64,000 bases of DNA, taken from contig CBDATQ010000001.1 of assembly GCA_965199955.1 (NCBI GenBank), positions 416,001 through 480,000 of the forward strand. Direction: 5' to 3'. Shown piece by piece: positions 60,270 to 64,000 of the stretch (position 1 is its first letter; the number at the start of each line of letters is the position of its first letter). The position numbers were made by a program, and so were the translations under genes. The notes under the pieces are model-generated. The model made no database searches. It was not told the origin of the DNA and saw only the letters and a program-made list of their open reading frames with translations. Source of the DNA: Spirochaetia bacterium (GTDB lineage Bacteria > Spirochaetota > Spirochaetia > SZUA-6 > Bin103).

Positions 60270-61322
60270 ATGACCAGCTATCAGATCGTCGAGTGGGGCG
60301 CGCCGCTCGCCGAGAACCACTACGAGACGCCGGAGCCCACGGGGACCGAGGTGTTGCTGCGCGTGACCTCCTGCGGCGTCTGCCACAGCGACCTGCACAT
60401 CCGCGCCGGCTACTTCGACATGGGCCATGGCAACCAGCGCCGGCTGGAGAACGTCGGCGTCAAGCTGCCGCTGACGCTCGGGCACGAACCGGTCGGCGAG
60501 GTGGCCGCCCTGGGCCCCGACGCCACCGGCGTGTCGGTCGGCGACAAGCGCGTGTGCTGGCCATGGGTGGGCTGTCGGAGCTGCGCCGCCTGCGGGCGCG
60601 AGGAGGACATCTTCTGCGAGGCCGGCCGCTACCTGGGCGCCCGCGTGGACGGCGGCTACAGCGACTACATGCTGGTCCCTCATCCGCGCTACCTGCTGCC
60701 CTACGACGGAGTGGAGGAGGCGGTGGCCGCCACCTATGCGTGCGCGGGCATCACCGCCTACGCGGCGCTGAAGCGGGCCGTCGGCGGCTTGACGCGTGAC
60801 GATACGCTGCTGCTGGTGGGGGCGGGCGGCCTGGGGACCAGCGGCCTGCGCGTGGTGCCCGCCATGACCGAGGCCAGGGTCGTCGTAGCCGACACCGATC
60901 CGGCCAAGCGCGAGCTGGCCGAACGGCTCGGCGCGGCACAGACCATCGACAACGGTGACCCCGATGCCGCCGCACGGCTGAAGGAGCAGACCGGCGGCGT
61001 GGCCGCGTCGGTGGACTACGTCGGCATGCCGCAGACCACCCTGTTCGCGATCGACACGCTGCGCCGCGGCTGCACGCACGTGGTCGTCGGCCTGTACGGC
61101 GGCGCGCTGGACATGCCGATGCCCAACCTGATCTACAAGCTGCTGAACCTGCGCGGCTCGCATGTCGGGACCCCGCAGGACCTCGCCGAGTTGCTCGAGC
61201 TGCGCCGTTCCGGCCGCATCGAACCCCCGCCGATCGCCGAGCGGCCCCTCAGCGAGGTCAACGACGTCCTCACGGAGCTCACCGAAGGCAAGATCGAAGG
61301 CCGGATAGTCCTGCGCCCGTAG
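60270..61322 (+). CDS. Zinc-dependent alcohol dehydrogenase
   Basis: GVCHSD, LGHE, C..C..C.......C, GAGGLG. Confidence 0.93.
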   Translation: MTSYQIVEWGAPLAENHYETPEPTGTEVLLRVTSCGVCHSDLHIRAGYFDMGHGNQRRLENVGVKLPLTLGHEPVGEVAALGPDATGVSVGDKRVCWPWVGCRSCAACGREEDIFCEAGRYLGARVDGGYSDYMLVPHPRYLLPYDGVEEAVAATYACAGITAYAALKRAVGGLTRDDTLLLVGAGGLGTSGLRVVPAMTEARVVVADTDPAKRELAERLGAAQTIDNGDPDAAARLKEQTGGVAASVDYVGMPQTTLFAIDTLRRGCTHVVVGLYGGALDMPMPNLIYKLLNLRGSHVGTPQDLAELLELRRSGRIEPPPIAERPLSEVNDVLTELTEGKIEGRIVLRP

Positions 61323-61523
61323 TCACTATGTCACCGACGGCGACGGGATTCGCGTATCCGGGCAGGAAGTACGGTTCGCCGGTGTCGACGCGCCCGAGTG
61401 GGATCAGCGGGCCAAGCACCAGGACGGCTACTGGTTCGCACATGGGAGGCGTGTAAAGAGCGTCGAGTTGAACCGGGGTCTGCGCCTGGCGGGAATCGGA
61501 CGCCAGCCGCAACCAGGCGCCGA

Positions 61524-61928
61524 TCAAGGAGCGTCCGCCGCCTCCACGATCGTCGCCAGCGCTGCGTCCAGACGATCCACGATTTGATCGACCGCCGCGT
61601 CAACCACCACATCCGACGCCCCGTCAACAACAGCCTGGAGCGCCGACTCCGTGGCCGTCTCGACAACCGACGAAATCGCGGTCTCCAGCACCGAGTTCAC
61701 CGCGGCCTCCGCCATCGAAGTCGAGCCGATCGCCACGATCCCCGCCACCACGCAGAGCGCCCCGCCCAGGATCGACAGCCCGTACCCGTTGACCTTGCGC
61801 GTCAGGGCGAGCAGCAGACCAACCCCCGACAGCAGGAGACCGATGACCGCCGTGGGGATCGCGACCAGCCCCAGGAACGGCACCCATGAGATGGAGAGAC
61901 CCACGGCGCCCAGGACGACCGCCACCAC
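61524..61928 (-). CDS. Hypothetical membrane protein; 5' end uncertain
   Basis: Three hydrophobic segments; the frame stays open to ~62009 without an ATG. Confidence 0.55.
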   Translation of the reverse strand: MVAVVLGAVGLSISWVPFLGLVAIPTAVIGLLLSGVGLLLALTRKVNGYGLSILGGALCVVAGIVAIGSTSMAEAAVNSVLETAISSVVETATESALQAVVDGASDVVVDAAVDQIVDRLDAALATIVEAADAP

Positions 61929-62161
61929 CCCGAGGGAGAAGGCAACGAGACCGACTTCCGATCGGCCTTCAGGTGAGAGTTCCGGGAAGTTCAGTTTCGC
62001 TCCGACGGGCTAGCCGGTTGGCTCTTCGTCTTCCTTCCCATCTCTGCCCTGATCCGACTGTACATCAGGGGTGATGCGAGCGCACTCCGTCTGAGCCGCT
62101 CACCCCGGCATGCCCGCCGAATTGACAGGGGTATCGGCGGCCCCTAGCGTCGTGACCTGAC

Positions 62162-63253
62162 ATGCCTGATACTCATCGTCTGATTCAGGTGGGCACCGGC
62201 GGGCGCGGTGTCCCCTGGTGCTCTCAGTTCCTGCCTGCGCACGTGGCCGCCGGCCGCCTGGAGGTGGTGGCGGCGGTGGACGTCAATCCCGATGTGCACG
62301 AGAACGCGCAAAACCATCTCGGGCTGCCTCCCGATCGCTGCTATACCGACCTGGAGCGTGCCTGCGCGGAGAACCCCGCCGACATCTGCACGGTGGTGGT
62401 GCCGCCGGCGTTCCACGAGTCGGTGGTGGACGCCGCGCTGGCGCATGACATGCACGTCATCTCCGAGAAGCCGATCGCCGACACCCTGGAAGCCTCGGTG
62501 CGCATCGCCGACAAGGTGCGGCGTGCCGGCAGGAAGATGGGTGTGACCATGAGCCACCGCTTCGACCAGGACAAGACCACGCTGCGCCGCGAACTCCGCT
62601 CCGGCCGGCCCGGCGCGATCGACTACCTGGTGTGCCGCTTCACCTGCGGCCTGCGCAACTTCGGCGACTGGGGCGCCCGTTTCCGCCACACCATGCAGGA
62701 GACGCTGATGATCGAAGGGTCGGTGCATCACCTGGACATCATCGCCGACCTGGCCGGCTCGAAGTGCGACACCCTCTACGCGCAGACCTGGAATCCGCCG
62801 TGGGGCGAGTACGGCAGCGGTTCGCAGGGCCACGTGATGATGACCTTCGAGAACGGCACGCGCGCCATCTACGAGGGCGCCAAGACCAACGCCTGCGGCT
62901 TCAACGGCTGGACGCGGGAGTACATCCGCGCGGAGTGCGAGCACGAGACGCTGATCATGGATCACCGCCGCATCGAACGGTTTCCCTATTCGCCGAAGCA
63001 CCAGAGCCGCGAGGGGCAGGGGCAGGCGGTGCCGCTGCTGGAGCAGCGGTACTGGAAGGACGCCTGGCTGCTGGAGCAGTTCCTGGACTGGCTGGACGGC
63101 GGTCCGCCGATGGCGACCAACGTGGAGGCCAACCTGCAGTCGGTGGCGCTGATATTCGCTGCCATCGAGAGCAGCCGCATTGGGCAGCCGATCAAGGTCC
63201 AGGAGTTCCTGCAGGCCGCCCGCGCCCGCGAGCGCCACGCCGCCGGGCAATAG
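62162..63253 (+). CDS. Gfo/Idh/MocA oxidoreductase
   Basis: QVGTGG.G, HVISEKPIAD, HHLD; preceded by TTGACA-17 bp-TAGCGT. Confidence 0.9.
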   Translation: MPDTHRLIQVGTGGRGVPWCSQFLPAHVAAGRLEVVAAVDVNPDVHENAQNHLGLPPDRCYTDLERACAENPADICTVVVPPAFHESVVDAALAHDMHVISEKPIADTLEASVRIADKVRRAGRKMGVTMSHRFDQDKTTLRRELRSGRPGAIDYLVCRFTCGLRNFGDWGARFRHTMQETLMIEGSVHHLDIIADLAGSKCDTLYAQTWNPPWGEYGSGSQGHVMMTFENGTRAIYEGAKTNACGFNGWTREYIRAECEHETLIMDHRRIERFPYSPKHQSREGQGQAVPLLEQRYWKDAWLLEQFLDWLDGGPPMATNVEANLQSVALIFAAIESSRIGQPIKVQEFLQAARARERHAAGQ

Positions 63254-63264
63254 CGACGCACCCA

Positions 63265-63432
63265 TGTACGCGCGCGAGGGCCACACGTTCGGCGACACCT
63301 GGTACTTCGTCCGCGGGGAGGAGGCGCATCTCTTCTGCCTGACGAAGCCCGAGGGCAGCTCGCACGGGGTGGGACATCGGCCACCTGGTCAGCCGCGATC
63401 TGCGCACCTGGACGAGACCGGCGTGCACATAA
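63265..63432 (+). pseudogene. N-terminal fragment of a GH32/GH43-like beta-propeller glycoside hydrolase
   Basis: MYAREGHTFGDTWYF..EEAHLF then (+1 G) WDIGHLVSRDLRTW, followed by a stop. Confidence 0.6.
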
Positions 63433-63525
63433 CCGTCAGCGGCAGCGGATGACGCCGCACGGCTGAGCCTCAGCGAGAGCTCGGAGGTTGGTAGGACCGC
63501 CGATCGCTGGTACCGTGGTGTGCCC

Positions 63526-64000
63526 ATGACACTCGAACAAATGCGGCAGCGCATGTACGTGGACGGCTGGTGCGTGATCAAGGACGTGATCCCGCCGGCG
63601 GAGATCGACGCCGTCCACGACAGCGTGCTGCGCACGGTCGACACGTACAAGCACACGCGCAAGAACGCTCCGGCAAACATCGGCGCGGTGTCCGGGATGA
63701 TCGTCTACGACCAGTCCTTCGCGCCCTACCTGGCCGAGCCGCGCCTGCTCGGACTGGCCGCGTCGCTGCTCGGGGCCGACCTGCGCATCTCGTTCAACTC
63801 CAGCATCGTCAACTATCCCGGGAACGAGCGCTCCCAGTGGCACGCGGACTGGCCGTTCAATCAGAAGAATGCCGGCCACATTCCCGCGCCGTATCCGGAC
63901 GCGGTGTGCCATCTGACCACCTTGTGGATGCTCACCGACTTCACCGAGGAGAACGGCGGCACGCTCATCGTCTCGGGCAGCCATCGCTCCAGCGACAACC
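63526..64000 (+). CDS. PhyH-family dioxygenase (runs off the window end)
   Basis: DGWCVIKDVI, WHADWP, LWMLTDFTEENGGTLIVSGSH. Confidence 0.88.
   Translation, partial: MTLEQMRQRMYVDGWCVIKDVIPPAEIDAVHDSVLRTVDTYKHTRKNAPANIGAVSGMIVYDQSFAPYLAEPRLLGLAASLLGADLRISFNSSIVNYPGNERSQWHADWPFNQKNAGHIPAPYPDAVCHLTTLWMLTDFTEENGGTLIVSGSHRSSDN

Noticed and set aside
61279..61527. 82-aa minus-strand ORF after the ADH
   Set aside because: No recognisable motif or RBS, and it overlaps the ADH 3' end

Overview
High-GC (~70%) bacterial chromosome segment; gene content (spirochete-type lipoproteins, trpGD/trpCF fusions, long RarA, HNH remnant) suggests Spirochaetota, but that is inference. Most of it is housekeeping or catabolic: MarR plus a heterodimeric ABC exporter, a carbohydrate ABC importer, peptidases, redox enzymes, ychF, rarA, a complete trp operon, trxA, icd, an MltD-like enzyme, ABC-F, PMM/PGM and a betaine/methylated-amine catabolic cluster. 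Two things stand out. (1) An accessory island at ~29.6-35.6 kb holds a HEPN-MNT pair, a Mutator-like IS, and three ORFs that reconstruct into one mosaic lipoprotein gene (pentapeptide repeats / low-GC domain / Ig / low-GC domain / Ig / Cys-rich tail). One low-GC module is bracketed by a perfect 31-bp direct repeat, and its 3' end has an inverted ~172-bp copy differing only by non-synonymous changes. This looks like a cassette-shuffling or diversification system for a surface protein. (2) An unannotated Trp-Trp-Trp leader peptide with a terminator/antiterminator precedes trpE. Several 1-2 bp frameshifts may be assembly errors. No rRNA, tRNA or CRISPR array was recognised.
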